From Mobula hypostoma (Eukaryota), in NCBI RefSeq assembly GCF_963921235.1, contig NC_086101.1, positions 5,334,001-5,398,000 of the forward strand: a DNA stretch of 64,000 nucleotides, in the 5' to 3' direction. Positions within the stretch are counted from its first letter, which is position 1. The number at the start of each line of letters is the position of its first letter. This document shows, piece by piece, positions 24,484 to 35,339 of this stretch. Under the pieces are notes generated by a model, which was not told the origin of the DNA, did not search any database, and saw only the letters and a list, made by a program, of their open reading frames with translations. A program made the translations under genes and the position numbers.

Positions 24484-26119
24484 GTTCCAGATACTAAGTT
24501 TGGAACGTTGGTGCCGGAATGTGCGGTGCTTCTTGCGGGCTGCCGCCAGGACATCCTCCGACTGTGTTGGTTGTTGACAGAAATGACAGCATTTCACTGC
24601 GTTTCGATGGACGTGTGACAAATAAAGGTAATCTCCCCGCTCAGAACGCATTATTAACCCAGCCCTTCTCCGGTCGGCTCCTGAGCTCAGTGATGTGCAA
24701 ATTAGCCCGCAGACGTTCCAGGAACCCACCTTTCTCGCTGTTAGATATAACGAGGCCAGTGGTTTTCGCTCAGCTCCGGGAGCGCGCATTCCCAATGGAA
24801 GTGCTCCTGTCGCTAGGGATTTCCGGAGGCACGGGTCCTATCACGTTGATCTTCCCACGTTTTAATTTCATCGGCGCCACGTAAACCAGCAGTAGCGTGT
24901 GACTCGACAACAGTGGATCTAATTCTGTTTTCACTGTCTCTATGTTTACAATATTGCTCACCCGGTGTGTCCGGATTGTCTCACCCCCCCGGGAGACCAT
25001 AAGACATAAACACAGAATTAGACTACTTGGCTCAACAAGTCTGCTCCGCTATTCCATCATGGCGTACCCTTATCAGATTTCCAATCCTCTGCCTTCTTCC
25101 CGTGACCTTTGACGAGAGGACCAATCAAGAACCTATCAACCTCCGCCTCAGTGTAGCCAGTTGCGCAGTCTGCGCAGCTGTCCGTGACAATGAATTTCAC
25201 AGATTCGAGGGAGTCTGACTGAACAAATTCCTCCGCACGACACGGGGTTCTGCAGATGCTGGAAGCCCAGAGCAACACACACAAGATGCTGGAGGAACTC
25301 AGCAGGTCAGGCAGCAGCTGGGGAAATGGATAAACAGTCGTCGTTTCGGACTCAGGACTCAGCTCTGTTTTAAATGGACATCCCTCTATTCCGAGGATGT
25401 TTGTCTCCTGGTCCTCGACTTCCCCACTCTGGGAAACATCCACTCTATCTAGACTTCAATATTCTATAGTTTCAATGAACCCCGCCCCCTTCATTCTTCT
25501 AAACCCCTGCGAGTACCGACCAGAGACATCAAACGCCCCTCACGTTAACCCATCCATTCCCGGCATCGGACTCTTCAACGCTTTCCAATGACAGTCCTCA
25601 TGACCGTCACAACCGCACTATCCGCATGCCTCCCTCCGCTCTCCTTCCGATCTACATATCATCTCATTCTCTCACCCCAACTCTCCCCACCCCAAACCTA
25701 ATCGCTAAATCTCCCCATTCCCTCACTCCTTCGAACCATATCTCCAACCCCATTCTGACACCCATCACTTCCCGACATCTTAAATTCACCAATCACCTCA
25801 CCCGACCTGAACACTCTCTCCAATCACACCCCAACAAATCCGCAGTCCTTTACATCACTGCTCACAATCTCCCCACCCCCAAATTCCCCCTCCCCGATCA
25901 GAAAACTTCAACACTACATAGACATCTGACATCCCACCAATTGCCTTCTCCCGACACTGATCCCTGATTGGTTCCCAAACTAATACCGACACCCTAACGC
26001 TTCCAAGATGTTTGGAACCCTCTCCGATCCCCGACAAACTTCCCGAACCCTTACTCTCCCGTTGATCTCGCGACACTGTGACCACTCAAGTTCCTCTGAA
26101 TACTCATGGATCCTCAAAT

Positions 26120-28085
26120 CGCAACACTCCCCAGACAGCCTGCTCTGTGCCAAACTCCCTATGACACTCCCCAGACAGCCTGCTCTGTGCCAAACTCCCT
26201 ATAACACTCCCCAGGCAGCCTGCTCTGTGCTAAACTCCCTATAACACTCCCCAAACAGCCTGCTCTGTGCCAAACTCCCTATAACACTCCCCAGACAGCC
26301 TGCTCTGTGCCAAACTCCCTATAACACTCCCCAGACAGCCTGCTCTATCCCAAACTCCTTACAACACTCCCCAGACAACCTGCTCTATCTCAAACTCCTT
26401 ACAACACTCCCCAGACAACCTGCTCTCCACAATCTCCCTACAACACTCCCCAGACAACCTGCTCTACCCCAAACTCCCTACAACACTCTCTACATGTTTA
26501 TATCCCAATGTCCCTACAACACTCCCCAGACAACATGTTCTCCCAAATCTCCGTACAACACTCAGCCAAACCGCTCTCCCCTAATCTACCTACGATATTT
26601 CCCATAAAACCCGCTCTATCCTAATCTCCCTACAACACTCTCCAGACAATCTGCTTTCCCCAATGTCCCCACAACACTCGCTAGACAACCTGCTCTCCCC
26701 CAATCTCCCTACAACACTCCCCAAACTGCTCTATTCCATTCTCGCTATAACACCCCCCAGACAACATGCTCTCCCCCAATCTCTCTACACCACTGCCCGT
26801 AAGCTCACCTCACCCATCACACTCACCCCGACATCTCAGACTTCCCGCTATTCCTCTACATTACTGCCCACACATCACACTCTCCCCAACGCCTCGCAGT
26901 TCCTCCAATAAAGCGACACCACTCCCCAATCCACCCGCACGCTCTCTGATACTTCACTCTCCCCCAATTCCCCGACAACATTCCCCAGGACCTCATCCCG
27001 CCCATCACGCTCTCTCCAACACCTCACACTTCCGCAATCCCTCTACCCAGGTCCCTGGGTCCTCACCCCACCCATCACAGTCCCCCGGATATCTCACTCT
27101 GCCCTCAATCCCCCTAAATACACCCCGAGACATCACCTTAACCACAACACTCTCTCTGACGCACTCCCCAATCCCCCGAAATACACCCTGAGACCTCATC
27201 CCACCCCACTCTCCTCCCCAATCTCCCTGTAACACAGCCCGGGACCTCACGTTAACCATAGCACTCTCTGACACCTCACACTCTTCAATCTTGCTAAATA
27301 CACTACGAGACCTCACCTAACCCATCACACTCTCCCCAACGCTCCCACACTCCCCCCAATCTCCCTGCAACAGTCCCCTGAACCCCACCCATCACACCCC
27401 CTCCCCGACACCTCATATACTCCAAATCCCCCTACAACACACCCGGTACCTCATCACATCCATCACACTTTCCCCAATACCAAACAGTGCCCTCAATCCT
27501 CTTACAGCACACCCCACCCAACACACTCTCCCCGACACCTCACACTCCCTTAATCCCTGTACAACACGCCCCAAGACCTCACCCCACACATCACACTCTT
27601 CCCAACATCTCAGCCAATCCCTCTGCAATACTCCTGGGACCCCGCCCATCACACTCTCAGTGACACCCCACACTCCCCAATCGCCCTACAACACTCCTGG
27701 GACCCCACCCCACCCATCACACTCTCCCTGACACCCCATACTCTCCAATTGCCCTACAACACTCCAGAGGACCTCACCCCACCCCACCCCACCCCACCCC
27801 ACTCATCACACTCTCCCCAACACCTCATACACCCCAAGACACCCTAAAACACACTTCAGTACCTCACCAAATGCATCACACGCTCCCTGATATCTCAATT
27901 CCCCTATACCCCTATAGCACCTCCCAGAACTTCCTATCCCTACCTCACACTACCCCAATCACCCAACAACACTGCTTGGTCTCTCAGCCACCCCTCACTC
28001 TCTCACTGACACACTCACACTTCACCAATACCCCCTCAATGTTCCCCAGGACCTCATCCCACCCATCACACTCTCCCCGTCACCT
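26120..28085. repeat. C-rich tandem repeat (40-bp unit ATAACACTCCCCAGACAGCCTGCTCTGTGCCAAACTCCCT) decaying into low complexity
   Basis: Near-perfect units at 26120-26420 and progressively degenerate units downstream. Confidence 0.85.
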
Positions 28086-28099
28086 CAGGGACTCAGGTC

Positions 28100-28690
28100 T
28101 CTGTGGGTGTGTGTGACTCTATGTGTAAATGCGTCAGTGTTGTGCCTGTGTGTGTTTACGTGTGTATATCTGTTTGTGTGAATGCCTGTAAATTTGTGTG
28201 TATGTGTATGTCTTTGTGTACGGTAATGCCTGTAAATGTGTGTGTGTGTGTGTGTGTGTATAAATGTGTTGACGTTGCGTGTGTGAAGACTGTGTGTGAG
28301 TGTGTGTGGTTGTATTGTGCATGTGAGAATGTTTGTGTGTGTGTGTAAATGTGTATGTGTGAATCTTTGAATCTGTGAGTGTGTGAATGTGTGTGAGAAT
28401 GCCTGTTTGTGTGCACATGTGTGTGAATGCATGAGATTATGTTGTGTGTATGCGTGTGAAAACGTCTGTAAGCTTGTGTGACTGTGCTTGATTCGTGTGT
28501 ACGTGTAAATGTGTCGGTGTATGAATTTGAGAGTGTGTCTGCGTGTGGGTATGCCTGTAAATTTGCATGTAAATGTGTATGCATTGTGTGTGAGTGTGTG
28601 TATGTTTGTTTGTGTAAGAATGTGTGTGTGTGTATATATATATTTATGTATGTGTGTGCGTGTGCAAATGTGTCGGTGTTTGTGTGAGAC
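28100..28690. repeat. Degenerate (TG)n-rich microsatellite tract
   Basis: Visible directly. Confidence 0.9.
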
Positions 28691-29134
28691 GGAGACAGAC
28701 TCAGGATTAGAAAAGGGTTCGCCAATTATATTTCCAGACTCTCTGATAACAAAAACACGACATGGTTCCGAACCGGTACAAAAGGTCGAACTCTGCGTAG
28801 ATCCAGTGGGCGGTGTTGAGTTGGAGACCGAGTCTAGTACTCACACTCCGCAAAGCAGCGTAAATGAAAGTTGGGCGTCTGCAAACCCCAAACCCCTCCG
28901 CCAACATGTTCCCAAGTGCAGGGCCGAGCGGCCGTTCCCCTGGGTGAGGGGCGGAGGCCGTCCCGGCGACCTGCGGTTGGCGGGGCTGAGAAGCCGATGA
29001 ACCTGGATCCGAGCGGAGCACAGACAGACAATGGCGATAATGTGGGCGACGGTGTCGGCGGGAACGCCAGGCATCGGGGTGTGTGAGAGTTAGCTGTAAG
29101 CTCTAGTGAAGTCCCTGCGGCAACACCCTCGGCC

Positions 29135-29227
29135 TCACTCTGTCCTGGCCGCCCGGTGAGGCCGCATCTTCATCTCTGCGAACGGGATGGAGAACTCGAA
29201 GCCCTTCCAGCCGAACCAGTTCACGCC
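29135..29227 (-). CDS. TNXB: Tenascin-X last coding exon (end of fibrinogen globe, stop)
   Basis: CCACAG acceptor, then [42 protein letters not shown] is the TNX-type motif (TNC has WKGHEHS). Confidence 0.9.
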   Translation of the reverse strand, partial: GVNWFGWKGFEFSIPFAEMKMRPHRAARTE

Positions 29228-29740
29228 CTGTGGAGTGACGAGAGGGGGTCAGCGTCAATGCATTCACACGGGGTGGGATAGGAGAGGTGTGTGTGTGTGG
29301 GGGGGGGGAAGGAGAGCAGTGGGGTGGGGAGGAGAGCATTGGGGGGGCGAGATGTGGGGTGGGGAGGAGAGCATTGGGGGGGCGAGATGAGGGGTGGGGG
29401 AACGAGGGAAGTTGGGTGAGGGGTAAAGGGGAGGGGAGAGAAGGATGAAAGAGGTAAGGTGTCCGGGAGGTGGTGTAACGAGGGTGAAAGTGGAGGAGGG
29501 AGTGGGATTTGGAGGTGGGAGAGTGAAGGGCGAGGAACAGCGCAGGAGGGAGGGATGAGAGTAACAGGAAGATTTTCGGTAAGAGTTTGGGCAAGGCAGC
29601 GAAGTCAGGAGTTGCACAGACGGGGTAAAAGAGTTGCGGGGGCAAGGGTGGGGGGGGCTGACGGGAGGGGATGAAAGCGTAAGGAACCGAGGGAGGGGAG
29701 CGGCAGAGGGTTGGCAGTTGTGGGTGAGGCGAACTGTTAC

Positions 29741-29904
29741 CTGGTGGTCTTTGTTGTTGCCATATTCGCCGTTGAGGTTGACGCGGTGACAGTTCTGGTA
29801 CCACCAGCCTCCCCTGTAGGAGACGGCGCAGTTGGTCAGGGCGTTGTCATTGTCCTCGTCCACGGTGGTGAAGTTACTGCCCCGGTGGTAGGCCAGGGAG
29901 TTGC
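29741..29904 (-). CDS. TNXB: Tenascin-X fibrinogen-domain exon (164 bp)
   Basis: [59 protein letters not shown] junctions, phase 1 to 0. Confidence 0.92.
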
Positions 29905-30129
29905 CTGTGAGAAGGACAGGGATCGTTTACGTGATGCGGACTACTGGGATTCTTTTAAACCCAGTGTGACTTTGACTGCGCAGTGATTGTTGGTGCCTGA
30001 CAGGGTGATTTGAGTGGCCGGGAAACTGCTGATGATCTGGGATTTTCACGCACCAGAGAATGGTGCGAGAAACGAGAAACATTCAGTGAGTTGCTGTTCT
30101 GTGGGTGAAAACCCGTTGTTAATGAGAGA

Positions 30130-30292
30130 CGCGACCAATTCTGCAGATGCTGGAAATTCAGGCAACACACATCAAAGTTGCTGGTGAACGCAGCAGGCCA
30201 GGCAGCATCTCTAGGAAGAGGTACGGTCGACGTTTCGGGCCGAGACCCTTCTAACGAAGGGCCTGCTGCGTTCACCAGCAACTTTGATGTGT
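30130..30292. mobile_element. Short Penelope-type inverted insertion
   Basis: Same family as 24232-24483; flanked by GTTGTTAA(T/C)GAGAGA (30115-30129 and 30293-30307). Confidence 0.7.
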
Positions 30293-32510
30293 GTTGTTAA
30301 CGAGAGAGTTCAGAGGAGAATGGCTCGAGCTGATAGGAAGGTAACTGAAAAAACCACACATTTATTTATTTAGAGATACAGTCCATTCCAGCCCAGCGAG
30401 CCAGCGCCGTCCAATCACACCCATATGACTGATTAATTGACCTACTAACTGGTATAGTTTTGGATAGTGGCTGAAACCCACACAGTAACGGAGAGACCAT
30501 ATAAACTCTTTGCAGGTAACAGCAGAAAATGAAGCCACGTCACGGTCACTGTAATAGTATTGCTTTATTTATTTCGCGATACAGTGGGAAACAGGTTTTT
30601 CCAGCTGCACCACCCAGGAACCCACCGATTTTTAACCCCAGCCGAGTCGCAGGATAATATACAATCACCAGTTAATCTACTAACCGGTACGTCTTTGGGC
30701 TGTTCGGAAACTGGAGCACCTGGGGTGGTACAAACTTCGCTTGCAGAGGATGCCATCTCCACGCCCCCAGCTGAAATGACAGCGGGCTAATGTACCGCCA
30801 GCGGAGCGCCCCAACGGCGTTACAACAGCGGTGTGCAGAGGAGCGTCTCTGAACGCAGAGCACGTTAAATCTTTAAGTGGGTGGGCTACAGCCGAAGAAG
30901 ACCACGCCAGGTTCCACCGCTGTACCTAATAAAGTGGCCGCTGAGTTTACGTGTGGGAGATCCCATCAAAGGCTTTCTCCTGGTTCAAGGCGACACCCCC
31001 TCCCCCCAGCTCCGCCCTGCCCGTATCCCTGAGCAGTGTGAGGATTTTATTTAACAAAATAAACTTAATTCATAATTTCAAAAACTTACAAGAGTAAACT
31101 GTTCAATACCTTTTCATTCATTACCCTCAATGTTTTCTGTACCGTTCTATTGCATTCCTACTCATCAACAGCATGTCTGCCACTCTCCGGAGCGGTACAC
31201 TGCTGCATGAATAAGTGAGAGGCTTCCCTCCCCCCATCCCAGCCAGCCCCTCCCTCTCCAGCTGGAGAAGAACCCTAAATCATGGTCCTTCCCCACCGGA
31301 CCCTCGCGGTGGCTGCGCCAAGTTTCAGCTCGTCCCTCAGCACGCACTCCTGCAGCCGAGAATGTGCCAGGCGGCCGCATTCTGCCGTGGGCATCTCCAT
31401 GCGCCAACCAAAGAGCGTCCTTCACCAAATTGGTCTGCCGGCCGCACCGGATGTTTCTGTCCGTGGGCCTCCCCGGGCACAGCCCGTAGACCGGAGGGTC
31501 CTCTGTCACGCAGCTGCTGGGGATGAACGGTGAAACAGGCCCTCGCATCTTTCTCCACGTGCTCTTGGCGAGCCCACAGTCCGCGAAGTCTACGGTGATC
31601 TTTGGGTAGCCCGCCGTGGCTCAGGCAAGGTCTTGGTGACTTTTGGTGAGATCTGGCGATGAGGCATTCTGCCAGATGGTCTGGACCATCGCCTCAGGGA
31701 ACCTCCCTACTACGTCCATCCATCTGCAATAACTTCACTATGAAGGGCAGGGCACTGTCCAGCTGACTGGGACGTTGCGCGACTGTGGGGCCAGACCCAT
31801 TCTTCACAACACCGGGGACAGCCCGTGCTGGTACCTGGAGCCCACGTGTTTCAGTTCCACGCACAGCCTGATGCAGCCACACACGGAGGTGGTCATCAGG
31901 AAGAAGGCGACATTGGGAACGTTTTTGCCCCCGTTGTCCAGGGACCTGTGCATGGTGGCCCGTCTGACCCGCTCCATCTTGGATCTCCAGATGAATCTGA
32001 AGACAGCTCGGGTGACTCCTAAGCTGGGAGAGTGGGGGAGGGGGCTCACTCCCGCGCCAAGTACAGCAGCCCTGAGAGCACCTCGCACCTGATGACCAGG
32101 TTCTTGCCCGTTATCGGCAGGGAGCGCCCTCCCCACAGTCCCAGTTTCTGTTTCACCTTGGCAGTCCGCTCCTGCCAGTTCTTGTTGCACGCCTCTGCCC
32201 CTCCGAACCAGATCCCCAACACCTTCACGTGGTCAGACCTGATGGTGGAGGGGACACTGGATCGGTCGGGCCAGTTGCCGAAGAGCATGGCTTCGCTCTT
32301 CATGCGGCTGACTCTTGCCCCCGACGCTAGCTCGAACTGTTGGCAGATGCTAATCAGCCTGCGAACTGACCTCGGATCAGAGCAGAAGACGGTGACGTCG
32401 TCCATGTACAGGGAGGTTTTCACTTGGGTCCCTCCACTGTCTGGCAGCGTCACCCCTCATACTTGCACCCTCCCTGTTGGCTTTGGCAAACAGCACACAG
32501 ACAAGACAGG

Positions 32511-34464
32511 TGTAAGGGGTTTCCTCTTTTATGTTACTGTGTAGGCTAATTAAAATGGCTTCTTTGTTATGTTAACTGCTGAGAAAGTTCTCTCCCCAGC
32601 AGCGTGTTTGGGTGTTGTTTGGGTTATATTATTGATAAGAGAGCGAACGAACCAATTGGGATAGATGTTATTCTTACTATTGTGTCTGTAAGTTATTGTG
32701 ATGCGTGGGTTTCTGGGTAGAAGGCGCGATGGACAGAGAGAGAATGGACAAGGTGCTGTGAGTCGGCTAACGGGGTCGGATCCTGAGCAGGAGTCCGAGG
32801 TCCAGGGTCTTCGGCGAGGAGAGGAGACGGAGACAGACTCGTGTGGAGCGTCTGGTCGACCACTGTGGTTGGTCCCAGGCGGCAGATCGAGGTGGTCAGA
32901 GGGGATTGAATGGTAAAGAGAGGATCGTTACCAGAGCTCCAACTGTTTGTGCATGAAACATAGAAACATAGAAAATAGGTGCAGGAGTAGGCCATTTGAC
33001 CCTTTGAGCCTGCACCGCCATTTATTATGATCATGGCTGATCATCCAACTCAGAACCCCGCCCCAGCCTTCTCTCCATACCCCCTGAGCCCCGTAGCCAC
33101 AAGGGCCATATCTAACTCCCTCTTAACTATAGCCAATGAACTGGCCTCAACTGTTTCCTGTGGCAGAGAATTCCACAGATTCACCACTCTCTGTGTGAAG
33201 AAGTTTTTCCTAATCTCGGTCCTAAAAGGCTTCCCCTCTATCCTCAAACTGTGACCCCTCGTTCTGGACTTCCCCAACATCGGGAACAATCTTCCTGCAT
33301 CTAGCCTGTCCAATCCCTTTAGGATCTTATACGTTTCAATCAGATCCCCCCTCAATCTTCTAAATTCCAATGAGTACAAGCCCAGTTCATCCAGTCTTTC
33401 TTCATATGAAAGTCCTGCCATCCCAGGAATCAATCTGGTGAACCTTCTTTGTACTCCCTGTATGGCAAGGATGTCTTTCCTCAGATTAGGGGACCAAAAC
33501 TGCACACAATACTCCAGGTGTGGTCTCACCAAGGCCTTGTACAACTGCAGTAGTACCTCCCTGCTCCTGTACTCGAATCCTCTCGCTATAAATGCCAGCA
33601 TACCATTTGCCTTTTTCACCGCCTGCTGTACCTGCATGCCCACTTTCAATGACTGGTGTATAATGACACCCAGGTCTCGTTGCACCTCCCCTTTTCCTAA
33701 TCGGCCACCATTCAGATAATAATCTGTTTTCCTATTTTTGCCACCAAAGTGGATAACTTCACATTTATCCACATTAAATTGCATCTGCCATGAATTTGCC
33801 CACTCACCCAACCTATCCAAGTCACCTTGCATCCTCTTCGCATCCTCCTCACTGCTAACACTGCCACCCAGCTTCATGTCATCCGCAAACTTGGAGATGC
33901 TGCACTTAATTCCCTCATCCAAGTCATTAATATATATTGTAAACAACTTTATACATATCTATAACAGCTTTTACAGTCTGTTTTTATGTTCCCTGCCAGT
34001 TTACTCTCATAAACTTTTTTCCCCTTCCTAATTAAGCCCTTTGTCCTCCTCTGCTGAACTCTGAATTTCTCCCAGTCCTCAGGTGAGCCACTTTCTCTGG
34101 CTAATTTGTATGCTTCTTCTTTGGAATTGATACTATCCCTAATTTCTCTTGTCAGCCACGGGTGCACTACCTTCCTTGATTTATTCTTTTGCCAAACTGG
34201 GAAGAGAATGAACTTTGATAAGTGTGGCACCTTTTATTTTCCTTTTATATTTTATCTCTATTAATTATATAGTTCCAGTAATATCTATAAACTGTAAATC
34301 ATTTAATCATATATGGTGTATTGTCTGTTATTTGGGCGGGGTGGGGTACATCACACAGCATCCACACAAACTAATTACCCAGTTTGACAGGGCCGAGGGC
34401 TGTTTCCCTAGACGACAGCGAGCTGAGCGACCCTGAGGCTTGCCTGGGAGGGGGGGGGGCTACA
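32511..34464. mobile_element. Solo LTR (about 700 bp) containing a CR1 insertion
   Basis: TGTA...TACA termini; 4-bp TSD CAGG (32507-32510 and 34465-34468); closely similar uninterrupted copy at 52250-52952. Confidence 0.85.
32958..34200 (-). mobile_element. Young CR1 copy (same subfamily as 6001-9058), 5'-truncated, with a large internal deletion
   Basis: ORF 33050-33946 is the RT C-terminus and ORF 33949-34230 is the linker region; the segment between them is missing. (TTTCTATG)n tail at about 32958. Confidence 0.9.
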
Positions 34465-34658
34465 CAGGGGAGACTGGACAGCCCTGCCTGACTCCAGACT
34501 CAATGGGGAAGCTATCTGTTTCCAGGCAGTTGTCCAGCCCCATCAAGTACTTAGGTGATGGTATCCCTGAGCAGGGGGTTGTCCACGTCCCGTCATGCAC
34601 GTTGACGGTGGTATTCCTGAGGAGCACGAGGGTAGTGCTGGATCTGGCAGTGACTCAC

Positions 34659-34820
34659 CTGCAGTTCCGGCATATTTTCCCAGCCCCAGCTGGTACTTCA
34701 CAGCTGCGTCCCCCACCACAAAGTTATCGTAGGTGGCGTACACAGACTCCCCACCAGCGCGCAGGTCCACGCGCAGCTCGAAGCGCTCCTGTGATGTCAG
34801 TTGGTGCAGGTTCTCCAGAC
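34659..34820 (-). CDS. TNXB: Tenascin-X fibrinogen-domain exon (162 bp)
   Basis: GLENLHQLTSQERFELRVDLRAGGESVYATYDNFVVGDAAVKYQLGLGKYAGTA; CCAG acceptor, GTGAGT donor. Confidence 0.92.
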
Positions 34821-35339
34821 CTGGCAAGCGAAAGATTAAAGGAGAAAGGTATAGCTTTATTTGTCACAAACACTGAAATGTGTCACTTGCGTCCACGGCC
34901 AACATTGTCCGAGGCTGTGCTGGGAGGGTAGGCCGCTCGTGTCGCCACGCTTCCAGCGCCAATGTAGCTTGCCCACAACTTGCTAACCCTGATCTGTACG
35001 TCTTTGGACTGTGGGAGGGAAGCTGGAGAACCTGGAGGAAATCCACGCGGTCACAGGGAGAACGTACCAACTCCTTACAGACAGCAGTGGGAATTAAAAC
35101 CAGGTCGCTAGCTCTGTAAAGCGTTACCCAAACTGTGCCCCCTCAGGTTTGACACGAGGAGTGGAAGGGCAGCTCCCAACACTTCCAAAACCAGGGAAAC
35201 AGGTGTGGAAAGGCAGGAATATCCCAACAACAGCCAATTACTTTGGAACAAACTGATCCCAATTCATCCCTACACCTACCTCCTTCTTCTCCACGACTGG
35301 TGTAGAATCAGACAGTAACACAGAATGAAAAGAGGCATT

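Larger units (their letters stand above)
31045..34560 (-). mobile_element. L1/Tx1-clade LINE, 5'-truncated, interrupted by a solo LTR
   Basis: ORF 32046-32453 SLYMDDVTVF...FELASGARVS...KVLGIWF...WQERTAKVKQKLGLW. The RT motif GVRQGCPVSP lies at about 34465-34500, on the other side of the LTR; A-rich 3' end at about 31045. Confidence 0.85.

Noticed and set aside
28085..28725. His/Thr- or Cys/Val-rich ORFs (also 43690-44342)
   Set aside because: Translations of (TG)n/(CA)n microsatellites.
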